A stretch of DNA of 63,234 nt, counting the filler, from Reticulomyxa filosa (taxonomy: Eukaryota; Protista; Foraminifera), in the NCBI GenBank assembly GCA_000512085.1. It is 24 parts of 24 records of this genome, joined end to end, with 100 filler letters (N's around TTAATTAATTAA, not from the genome) between each part and the next. Parts side by side here need not be neighbours in the genome. Positions count along the whole stretch, not along the records: positions 51,661 to 54,823 come from ASPP01008678.1; positions 54,924 to 56,760 come from ASPP01026706.1; positions 56,861 to 58,045 come from ASPP01019057.1; positions 58,146 to 63,234 come from ASPP01010587.1; 20 more parts are not named here. One strand, given 5' to 3'. Below are positions 51,661 to 62,200 of the stretch, one piece after another. Each line of letters begins with the position of its first letter. The stretch's first letter is position 1. The position numbers and the translations under genes are program-made. Below the pieces are notes generated by a model that was not told the DNA's origin, ran no database searches, and was given only the letters and a program-made list of their open reading frames with translations.

Positions 51661-52986
51661 TTTGTCTTCCAATCGATCATTTGTGGCTTTCATTAACTTG
51701 TCATATTTCAATTTGTCGTGTTGTCCAAGATCAATTCCTCTGCCAATGGTTATTCCAGACTTTTCACTAGGCCAATGAGGTACACGACTAAAGTTTGGTC
51801 CTTTCTTCTCTTGACCTTCCGCAAAAAACGTCAGAGGGTACTTATCCGGTATATCAGAATCTTGTAAATCTTGGTTTCCTGTTGTTTTTTTTGTAATTGC
51901 ATATCCATCACTGCCTTTACCTCTTTTGGCTTCCCCAAAAATCTTATTTTTTGGAGCATTCAAAACATCCTTCAGCAAAGACGTCGCTGCATGATCTGCT
52001 TGCGCATTGCGTGCGTCGTCCTTATTTGTCGTGTACTCTTTTCCGTTCCAAAGAAACGTATGACCTGGTCCTAATTCTTTGTGCGCTTGTTGGAATGCCT
52101 CTTTGAAGGTGCCTTTATACTCTTTTGGAGCATTGCTTTGCAATGTGTTCGCAGCAGCTTGCTTGCTTTTAACTGACTCTGTTTTTTCTTTCTCTGCTTT
52201 CAAATCTCGTTTATCATCTCGATCTGTGGTGTACTCTTTTTTGTTCCAAATGAACGTATGGCCTGATCCTAATTCTTTATGTGCTTGCGCAAATGCTTGT
52301 TCGAAATTTCCAGCGTATTCTTTGCGAGAATCACTTTGTGACGTATTCGTAGTTTGTTTGCTTTCGCTTGATTTTGTCGCGGGCTCCGTTTCTTCTTTAG
52401 GTTGCGTAGCTGGTTTTGTCGTTGGCGTTGGCTCCGCTTCTTCTTTAGGTTGCACACCTTTTTTTTTTTCTCCTTCTGCTTTCAAATCTCGTCCATCATT
52501 TCTATCTGTTGTATACTCTTTTTCTTTCCAAGTGAATGTATTGCCTGAACCTAATTCTTTATGTGCTTGTGAAAATGCTTGTCCAAAACTTCCGGCGTAC
52601 CCTTTGGGAGAATCGCTTTGTGATGTGTTCGTAGTTTGCGCACTTTCAACTGATTTTACTGCTGGCTCTGTGTCTGCTTTAGATTGCACACTTTCACCTG
52701 ATTTTACTGCTGACTCCGTGTCTGCTTTAGATTGCACACTTTCAACTGACTTTACTGCTGACTCTGTGTCCGCTTTAGATTGCACACTTTCATTTCCTTT
52801 CTCTGCTTTTATATCTCTCCCATCGGCTCGGTCTGTGCTGTATTCGCTACCTTTCCATTCGAATGTTGCACCTGCTCCCTGCTTATTATGCTCTTCTGCA
52901 AACGTCTCACCAAAAGTTTTTTCATGTCCGGTGGAAGAATTTGTCGGCTCGTCCTTTGACGTATCATTTGAAGCGTTATTGCCCAT
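51661..52986 (-). CDS. Putative N-myristoylated, repeat-containing pesticin-like muramidase (phage-lysozyme-like toxin domain); 3' truncated
   Basis: Intronless ORF starting MGNNAS, with four copies of F..AF..AHKELG.G.TF.W..KEYTTD. C-terminal FAEG...FSRVPHWP...SGITIGRGIDLG matches the pesticin C-terminal muramidase signature. Confidence 0.85.
52640..52790 (-). repeat. 48-bp coding tandem repeat (ESVQSKADTESAVKSV), ~3 copies
   Basis: Visible in the protein and in the DNA (gctttagattgcacactttca at 48-nt spacing). Confidence 0.95.
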
Positions 52987-54430
52987 TGGAAATGAATAAA
53001 TGCAGAAAACAAGAAAGTAAATCTTTTGAAAAAAAAACTAGCTAATTAAAGTGACTTGCTGTCGTTGTAGGAAAAAAATGAAATTTTTGATTAATTTTAA
53101 AAAATAAGTAACGGAGATTAAAAAATTACTTAAAGTCTTACAAAAGTTTCTGGTTTAACACAACATGAAATGAAAAGCTTTTCAAAGATTGTGCGGTTAC
53201 TGCACAGTTTAGAGAAACGTAATTATTTCACATGTACAAGCAAGTATTCATCGAATAAACAAAGTATGAAGTATAAAAGTTTTATTATAATCTTTGGCTT
53301 TGAAGAACTGAGAAATTCTCAGTAATAAGCCAACGTATAAATAGAAAAGGGTCAGACTTTTTTTCAGTTTGTGTACTTTGGTAATATTTCTTCATTCGAA
53401 TCGAGTTAACATAACAGCTCAATCAATTCCGTTCTAAATTTATTTAACTTGTTATATATCTTTACAGAGATTAAACTAAAAAATCCAAAGAAAGCCCAGA
53501 ATGTAGTAAGTAAAGGAAAAATATTACTTTAAAATTACAAAATTGGTGGACACATTGGAACTTCATAGTAGCATAAAGCGACAATAGAAGAAGGATGTTA
53601 AATCACAATTTGCAAGACATGTTGGTACTTTTTTCTAAATGCTTGGAGAGAGTAATGATTTTCAGGCAGAAATTTGTGTTATTAATGATGACAGTACGCT
53701 TTCAATGTCATTAACCAAGTGATATAAATGCACATATATATATAATAAGCTGTAACACTAGAAATGAATGAAACTCATTTCAATTTATGTATACACATAA
53801 GGATGATTAAACAGATACAAATTTATTTTGTAGAAACTTTATTTAATGTTTTTATATATGCTTAATATTGGATATTTTTTATTTATGTGTGTATAGTAGC
53901 TACTAACAGTATATAAATACACATTTTATAAAGATAATTGATTTTTCAATGAAAGAACAACACTTAATCAATTTTTTTCAAAGAAATAAATACTAATCGT
54001 ATAGTTTTTAAATATCGCTTTTGCTTTCTCTTTTATCTAAAAAAATATAAACTACTTCATAACCACAATCATTCAATTATCATTGGAAAACATGAAAAGC
54101 ACAATTAATTTAAATGAAGATAATTTTAGAGCAGTGAGTAATTGCAGTATAAATTATGAATTGCATGTTACAGTTACTTTTAAAAAGTTTACAAATTAGC
54201 GTGCAGTGTAGCAGAAATCATATTTAAAATGCATAAAATATTTATGATGATTGTTACTTATTAACAAAAAATCTTTTATATTTCAAGCAAAATTAATTTT
54301 ATTAATATAGTAATCATTCACGAACAAAGTGACAGAAGGAATGCTATTTGAATTAAAAGTGGATATATTCAATTCACATTTTAAAGTATTTCAACTCTTA
54401 AATTAATAAAAAGATTGAAGCTGGATGAAA

Positions 54431-54823
54431 TTATTTGTAGAGTCTATTAAATGGTTTTGGATCAATTTTTTTAATATCATCTAATGATAATTCAATACCA
54501 TAGATCGCAATTCTTCCTTTTCCACCTTTATTTCCTTCATCTTGATTTCCTCCAACACATGTAATAGTTCCAAAAGTTTGTTTCAATAATTTTGAATGAG
54601 ATTGAGGTTGATATTGACGTTGTAATTCAATTAATATTGATCCTCCACTTCCACCACCACTAGAGACTCCACCTCCTCCATTGGATTCAATCGAACCATG
54701 ATTAATCAATTGCTGTCCAATTATCAGTTCAATTATCCCACCACCACTTCCTCCAAGAAAAAAACGATAGCTGCCTCCACCACTTCCAAAATGAATTTCT
54801 TTCAACAAAGTCTCTTCTCCATA
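54431..54823 (-). CDS. Gly-rich hypothetical protein, C-terminal fragment of a lineage-expanded family
   Basis: ETLLKEIHFGSGGG...GGSGGGIIELII...NHGSIESNGG...GGSGGSILIEL...GGKGRIAIYG; AT-rich codon usage like host genes. Confidence 0.7.
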   Translation of the reverse strand, partial: YGEETLLKEIHFGSGGGSYRFFLGGSGGGIIELIIGQQLINHGSIESNGGGGVSSGGGSGGSILIELQRQYQPQSHSKLLKQTFGTITCVGGNQDEGNKGGKGRIAIYGIELSLDDIKKIDPKPFNRLYK

Positions 54824-55799
54824 NNNNNNNNNNNNNNNNNNNNNNNNNNNNNNNNNNNNNNNNNNNNTTAATTAATTAANNNNNNNNNNNNNNNNNNNNN
54901 NNNNNNNNNNNNNNNNNNNNNNNATGGTTGATATGAGCTGTCATTTTGCAACTACTTTTGTTTTTTGGCTTGGCTAGTCTTCAATGATGTAAAATGGAAA
55001 AGTTTAACTTTTTTTTTCAAGTTCAATGAAGGGACTTCAAAAACAGAATTTATGATTGTATTAAAACAATAAATTATCTTTTTTTTACTTATTCAGTATA
55101 TCTAATAATATAATGCTTATATGGTTAAAATGAAAATGCAAATGTTTTATTATAAAACAGAAAAATTAAACGCAATAAGAAGAGAAAATATGATACTGGA
55201 TCAAAAAATGCATTTTACACGCACTATTATGAAAATAATCACAAATTAGACAAATACAAAATAAAAGTATTTGCGCAAAGACATTGACTGTTTAGAATAA
55301 TTCCAGTTTCTTGATTATTACAACAGAAAGCATTGAACAAGAAATCAATTTGGAATCTCGTTCCTTATGTTCTCGTTAGACAATTTTATCAATAAGACAT
55401 ATTATGCCGCATTGGATAAATATCATCAAAATACTCAAAACGGGAAACTATTAAAATGGTAACGAGGTACATTATCAAAAACAATATCTCCTCTTGTATC
55501 AAGATATGAACGATCAATAATTCAAAAAAATGCAATCAGATAAAGAGATACTTAAATATTTCAGGAATAGTTTATCTTAAGGTATCTCTTTCTATGTTCA
55601 GAATTGAAGTGCACTAATTTAATCATTGTACTGGATAAATTTGATTTAAAAAAAAAATATTTTGAACAATGGCTCAAGAAACAACAAGTTTGATCTGTTA
55701 AGCAAGTGATGGAATGTAAAGATTTTTAAACAATTAGAAATAAAAATGTAAGGCTTGAATTAGAATATAATATTATTGAATCAGACAAGAATGTGAAAA

Positions 55800-56259
55800 G
55801 AGAATTAAAAATAGATTGGCAATGATGATTACAATTAGTGAATATATTGATAACACAAAATGGCCTGATCTTTCAAATGTGAAAGAAAAAGATACCCAAA
55901 CATTGTTTTAAAAAGAATTGAATTATGAATTTGAATGCGATCAATCTCCACAATTGACAAAACAAGATAGCAATTGCAAAGCATGAACTTCACGAAAATA
56001 CTAAAAAATATGATGGATTGACAATATAATAATAATTTGCGGACATGAAAAGAATAACATATGTCAGTGGCAAATGATGGAAACTCTTTATCAATTGACG
56101 AAATGCGTAATAACATTTAATTACCATGAAATGAAATCTTTCAAAGATTTTCCAAAAATATTTATTGCCGATGTTTGTCGTAGTGAGAATATTCCAACTT
56201 TTCATCAAATAACAACGATAGAAACAAATATAAACAAAGATATGTCATTATGGACATAA
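55800..56259 (+). pseudogene. Caspase-like (clan CD, C14) peptidase pseudogene
   Basis: KYDGL..IIICGH (His motif, ~56008-56048) and FPKIFIADVCRSEN (Cys motif, ~56149-56190) lie in shifted frames. Confidence 0.7.
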
Positions 56260-57297
56260 TGACAATGAATTTTTTTGTTAAGTTGTTTTTATTGCAAAAG
56301 TATATTTTGAAGTTTTTTTTGTTATAATCGCTACATATTTTTGCTTAAGAACATTTATGAAAATTAATTCGTATTTTAAGGTATGTCTCAAACTTATAAC
56401 ATTGTTGTATCGATATGACATCAGTACAACTTGCTGGATTCGTTTCATCCATAATATATTTATTGAAATATTCAAATAAAATTACGTAAATAGCTTTTTC
56501 TTTGGATTGAATTTACAAAATTGATCATAAACAAATTATTTTGTTGTAAGGAAGAAAAATATGTAAGATTCAACAACTATTTTCAATCAAATATAAAAAA
56601 TGAATTAAAATTATTAATATTAAATGAATAATCATAAATACAAATAATCATTTATTCATTCACAAATATCTTACAATTTATTCTGTTTTTTGAACAATTG
56701 ACTCTTAGTTCAGTTTATCATTTTTTCATCTTGCATCATCAAAGATTATCTCAAGAGAAANNNNNNNNNNNNNNNNNNNNNNNNNNNNNNNNNNNNNNNN
56801 NNNNTTAATTAATTAANNNNNNNNNNNNNNNNNNNNNNNNNNNNNNNNNNNNNNNNNNNNGTTGAATTAGCGATCTACCCACATATAATCACTTTGTTTC
56901 TGAAAAATATTTTCACAAGTCTTTTTTTTGGGAATCAAATTTTGCATTGCTTTGCAGAGGCGAACTGCTGTTAATTAATCAACTTTTTTCGACATTTCAT
57001 TTGATTTTTGTATATTTTCTTTGAAAAATTGCAACAATGCTTTAAATAATTCAAAAATTTTTTTTTATTATTGTATTAAAGAAAGTAGATGCAATAGAAA
57101 TAACACAAAAAATCACAATAAATTTATTTGAAAGTACATTATATCAACATTAAAATTTTTTAATAAGAAAATCACCTTTATTTTTCTAAGTCAGGCCACT
57201 CCAAAAAAATTTTAGATTTTTTTTTTAAAGGAGGGCTTTTTTCGTCTTCACCTTTTTAAAAAATCTAACCACTTCATAATTCCTTAATATTAACAAC

Positions 57298-57975
57298 ATG
57301 CGTAATCAAACACTTCAAACTTTGAAGGAGTTGCCCATTCCACTTGATGAAGCTCAATGTGTGCTACATAAACACGAACTCCTCGTTTATGGAGATTATG
57401 AACAAAGAGCTTGTTATTATTATCATACACTTAAAAACGAATACAAATTTATCTGTTAGTATCAAAGTCATGTTAAATTATATGGACACTGTAGTGAAAC
57501 TGGTGGATAACAATAACATTGGAGATAATTGTGATTATCGAGGAGCGCGTGCAGTGATTGATGGAAGCAACAATCATTTGTTATTTATCGCTTATTATTA
57601 GCGTGTTTGATTTAAATACATTTCAATTTATTAAACATAGTAGACTATCGACTAATTTTATTCGTGATCATTGCTTTGTATCAAAGTCAAAAAATGGACA
57701 ATGACAAGAAATGATTAAAACAAATAAACAAAATTATCAAATGCTGCTGTTTTGTAATTATACAGGATTATTAATTGAATATGATGAAGATAACAACATT
57801 TTTCAATTTCATGAACTTCCTGTTTGTGATGATATTGTGCAATTAAATAGATATGCATGTGTGTGTATCAATAATGTCATCTTATTCTTTGGTAGATGAA
57901 GTTTAGATGTTGTTTCAAAATCAGTGTACAAGTATTTAATTCGAGAAAACAAGTTGATGACATTTGAAAACACAT
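57298..57975 (+). pseudogene. Kelch/beta-propeller family pseudogene
   Basis: Paralogous to 47773-48715 (GARAVIDGSNNHLLFIAY; MLLFCNYTGLLIEYDEDNNIFQFHELPVCDDI; VILFFG), with frameshifts and stops. Confidence 0.85.
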
Positions 57976-58205
57976 AAAAAAATAAAAATAAAAAGTGTTA
58001 ATTCGCTTGAAAGCAAGAATTGATGTCAAAGTTTTATCATTTCTTNNNNNNNNNNNNNNNNNNNNNNNNNNNNNNNNNNNNNNNNNNNNTTAATTAATTA
58101 ANNNNNNNNNNNNNNNNNNNNNNNNNNNNNNNNNNNNNNNNNNNNAAAAAAAAAAAAAAAAAGAATGTTTGCAACAAACAGCACGAAACAAATACATCAC
58201 AATAG

Positions 58206-59412
58206 CCTTTGGAAAAAGGAGAACAAGTAATTCGAAAATCACGCTATGGCACAATCGATTCATTCATATCTTCTTGCGATTGGCTGAAGGAGGAATACAA
58301 TGACAGTCCACTAGAAATAAACAAGGATTGCTACGATCGCTTGAAAGATGCTGGCATTGATGAATTGATGACTCGACACATTGCGCACTTATTTATTCGG
58401 GATCCATTGGTCGTGTATTCAGATCTAATCGAAATGGATGATGCCACTAGTGTTCATCACTTTGAAGTCAAGTTTTTTATTATTATTGGACACAGGGACA
58501 GGGACTTTGACACGTTTGCAAATGCAACTTGCTTTGTGTGACAACAGACTATCCAATCCACAAATTGGCACAATGTCCGCTTCAAACCTCCTTCCAATCC
58601 TAACACAGGATGGCGTGTGGAGTTTCGTCCACTGGAAATTCAATTGACAGATTTCGAAAATGCTGCTTTTGCAATATTCGTAACTCTATTGTCCAGAGCC
58701 ATATTATTTTTCGGACTAAATCTATATATTCCCATTTCCAAAGTTGGTTTCTTTTCTTTTCTGCTTAGTTAGACAATGTTATAACAAAACATGATGGGAT
58801 CATTGCCTCCAAAAAAAATAAAATAATAAGTTGGATGAAAATATGCAACGAGCGCACAAAAGAAATGCTGTTCGCAATGAAAAATTTTATTGGCGTACTT
58901 GCAACAAAAGAGATGGTGAATTGGCTATGGCAGAACTGACTATTAAAGAAATTTTTTGTGGATCAAAAGAAACAGGTTGTCTGGGCTTGGTTACAATTGT
59001 CGAAGAGTATGTCAAATCAATTCAACTGGATGACGAAACTGGAAACAAAATAGCAGAGTATATTGCACTAATCAAAAACAGAGCAAACGGAAAGCTGTTA
59101 ACCACAGCCGAATATTTGAGAAACTTTGTGAATAATCATCCCTTGTATAAATTCGATTCGAACGTTAGCGAAAGCATTGCCAGAGATATAATTGATTTGG
59201 TCGTTGGGATTGCCCATGGGACAGTGAAGGTAAGACCTTTTTTTTCTTTTTTTTTTCCCTTCCATTATAAGAAAGTATGGCGGTCACTGTAGGCTCCAGA
59301 ATTGCTTGGTGAAGGGGTGGATATTGGGTTGCGTAGAAAGGACAGCGTTAACACGTGCGATCCATTAAAAGGATGCGACAACCGAAAAGGATTACTAAAA
59401 TCACGTTTGTAA
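58206..59412 (+). CDS. GCLC: Glutamate-cysteine ligase catalytic subunit, 3' exons
   Basis: [18 protein letters not shown]|[41 protein letters not shown]|[11 protein letters not shown] and [20 protein letters not shown]. Introns at 58467-58547, 58743-58830 and 59230-59292; stop at 59410-59412. Confidence 0.96.
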
Positions 59413-59627
59413 TCCATGAATTAAATTCTTTTCACTTCAAAAGGCATTTTTCCTTGTTGTCTTTTTTTTTTTCTTCCTTCACAATTTTACAGTTCTTGCA
59501 TAACAACCACAGCAAAAATGGTTTTTTTGTGGGTTCATCTCATCCAATAAGTTTTTTCAAGGGGACCTACTTATCTTATTTCAAAATCTTGTTGAGTTTT
59601 GAAAGTTTCTGTTTACCTTATTGTTAC

Positions 59628-61140
59628 ATGTCCCGCAAAAGATCTAAACCAGATACATGTGATTCGAATGGACAAGAGTCAGTGTCCAAAAAGCGCCGAC
59701 TTGATCCTTCTGTGACTGTGTCAACAAAAATTTGGAGGATCGAAGAGCCAAAGTCGGGAGCACACACAAATGGCACTTCAATTGATCATAGCACAGAACT
59801 GTACAAGTACTACAAAACATTGCCAGAAATAATAGAAGCAGGTGAACTAATCAAACAAGGGGAATTGGTGGCATTTCCAACGGAAACAGTATACGGTTTA
59901 GGGGCCAATGCCTTGGATGATAAAGCCTGTCAAAAAATATTTGTGGCAAAAGGTCGTCCTTCGGATAATCCATTGATAGTTCACATCTGCGAATTTGAGC
60001 AATTGGACGATTTAACGAGATCACTTAACGTGACAATCCCAGAAGTGTTGCTGCAACTCGCCAAACACTTTTGGCCCGGGCCTTTGTCAATCGTGATTCC
60101 TCACTTGTCTTTGGATAATTCCGAAGAAAATTCCAAAGAAAATTCCAAAGAAATTTCCGGCGATAACAAATCTACATTTACAACAGGAACAATATGTAAA
60201 ACAGCAAGAGCAGGCTTATCTTCAGTGGCGGTAAGAATGCCCTCGCATCCAATTGCAAGAGCGTTGATATACGCAAGTAAGGTGCCGATTGCAGCACCGT
60301 CGGCAAACACTAGCGGTCGTCCCTCGCCGACGTCGTCGCAGCACGTGCACAAGGACCTGTTTGGGAAGATTGCGGGGATCATTGATGGCGGCGACTGTGT
60401 GTGTTCAGTGGGTTTGGAATCGACAGTGGTGAAGCTGAGAAGTAGAGACCAGCAAGGTGCAGAGTCAAATGGCAATGCAAATGAAAACGAAAATGGAAAA
60501 GAAGAGAGTGATAACAAAAAAGAAGAACTCGTAATCCTAAGACCGGGCGGCATTACGCTTGAAATGATTCGAGAAGTTGTGGACACTGACAAATATAACA
60601 TTACATATGCCAAAGAAGTAAGCACGCTATTTGAAACATCTGGAGTCCAATGTCACGAGGAAGATCCGCATTTCGTGGACGACAACGTCTCTGCTCAGAG
60701 CCAGGTCGACCTCAAACCAGAGGCCCCTGGCATGAAGTACAAACATTACTCGCCCGAAAAACCGCTGTACTTGGTTGCCAACGATAAATTGCTCCAAGAC
60801 ATTCTGGACGTTCTGTCCAAACAACACAAGACGGTCGAAATTGGCGTTTTGGTGAGTGACGAAAACCATGTTCGACACAACACCAAATATCAACATCTAC
60901 CGTGGATAAATATACACTGTTGGAACGCGCACTGACATGAAGAGCATCGCCGCTAATATGTTCAAGGGGTTACGAGATTTGGATGAAAGCGAGCACTGTC
61001 AACTTATTCTCGCTGAAACTTTTCCACTCAAAGACATGGGGGTTGCTGTTATGAACCGTTTGACAAAGGCTGCTTCTTGTCGAATGGTTTCTTCTTTAAG
61101 TGATTTAGTCAAGTTTAAAATTATTGATAATTTGAATTGA
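59628..61140 (+). CDS. SUA5: Threonylcarbamoyl-AMP synthase Sua5 (YrdC + SUA5 domain); 1-nt frameshift at ~60907-60918
   Basis: VAFPTETVYGLGANA, KGRPSDNPLIVH, FWPGPL, VAVRMPSHP, AAPSANTSGRPSPT, GLESTVV, ILRPGG and APGMKYKHYSP. The C-terminal IAANMFKGLRDLD...GVAVMNRLTKAA is in the +1 frame. Confidence 0.96.
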
Positions 61141-61383
61141 GTTCTTTTTTTTTAGCCCCTCAATATTTTAAACGAAAGCCATTTCATTACCTTTTCAAAT
61201 GCAGTTTCTAATTTGAGGCTACACTTTTTCATTTACAAATACCAGGTCTAATCGTATCTCTTCAGAAAATACTGCTACGTTGGTATCAGAGCAAATTAGC
61301 TTTTCGATCACTATGTTTAGTTTGTACATAAACTCCTTCGTTAAAAAGGGACCAGTCAATTGGGCCAAATAAGATCAAATAAT

Positions 61384-62141
61384 ATGGCATTTTTGGAGGA
61401 AAAGGACAACAGCGTATTATGTGACAAAATAAAGGATGAAGCTGATGACCACTTCATTAATAAAGACAATGAAAATCTGTATACTGCGTTTAAGAAAGAC
61501 TTGGCAAAGTTGCTCCAATCCAAACCGCAGTCATTAGTGAGCTGGAAAAAGACTCACATAACAATCCACGGGATATTGTCTCCACAAGTGATATTTGAGA
61601 TGGCGATGCCTCCGGAGTCGTCGTTATCGGTGTATGCAGTGCGTTTGGAGTTGACCTATCACTTTCCAATAGCCCCTTTTCGTCATGCCATAATCTTGAG
61701 CAGGTAAGAAGAAGAAGAAGAAGAAGCATTGAACGAAAAGAGAGGAATGACATACATAAAAGAGTATTGCAATGTGTGTTATGTATTGAACGGGGGATAA
61801 TAATAACAGCAAGGCAAAAGAAAACGAGTCGGAAAAGGAGGGCGAAGAGAATAAAGAAAAGACAAAAGCAGAGCAAACGAAGCCGCTAAGTGATTTGGAC
61901 AAAGACACAATTTTGATACGTCCGAGAATTCAATCGATTTGTTATCATCCCAACATTTACGACACGGGCACATTGATCGAGTATCTTCACGACGAGTCCT
62001 TGCTGAAAGAGCACAATCTATCATTTGATTCAATGCTATCCTGTTATAATTCTGTGTATCATCTCCTCGTGCACCCGGTCTTGCCACTCAAGCATTTATT
62101 CCCGTCCAGCAATCTTATGACTGCATGGGAGAAACATCTGG
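61384..62141 (+). CDS. UBC-like (E2 variant) domain lacking the catalytic Cys; probably the N-terminus of the downstream oxygenase
   Basis: FKKDLAKL...YAVRLELTYHFPIAP...PRIQSICYHPNIYDTGTLIEYL...VYHLLVHP follows the E2 fold pattern. Intron 61703-61809 keeps the frame. Confidence 0.6.
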
Positions 62142-62200
62142 GTTAATTGTGTTTTGTTTTGCTTTATTTTGCTGCAGCTGTCAAGAATTGAACAGTTTGA

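Noticed and set aside
52079-52999. 306-aa plus-strand ORF and similar antisense ORFs (e.g. 11028-11345, 11801-12235, 45229-45870, 60101-60625)
   Set aside because: These are reverse-strand shadows of real repetitive or low-complexity coding regions.
5409-58145. Regularly recurring TTAATTAATTAA palindrome (CRISPR-like or telomere-like?)
   Set aside because: Always centred in fixed-length N runs, so it is an artificial six-frame-stop linker. ORFs ending in X...LIN or X...N are artefacts, and no gene neighbourhood can be inferred across it.
60900-60940. Programmed +1 frameshift in SUA5
   Set aside because: Removing one A from GGATAAATATAC restores the frame. Similar single-base slips occur at homopolymers in DGAT2, CHMP7, DRC4 and the TLDc gene, which points to sequencing error. 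Raw reads would settle it.
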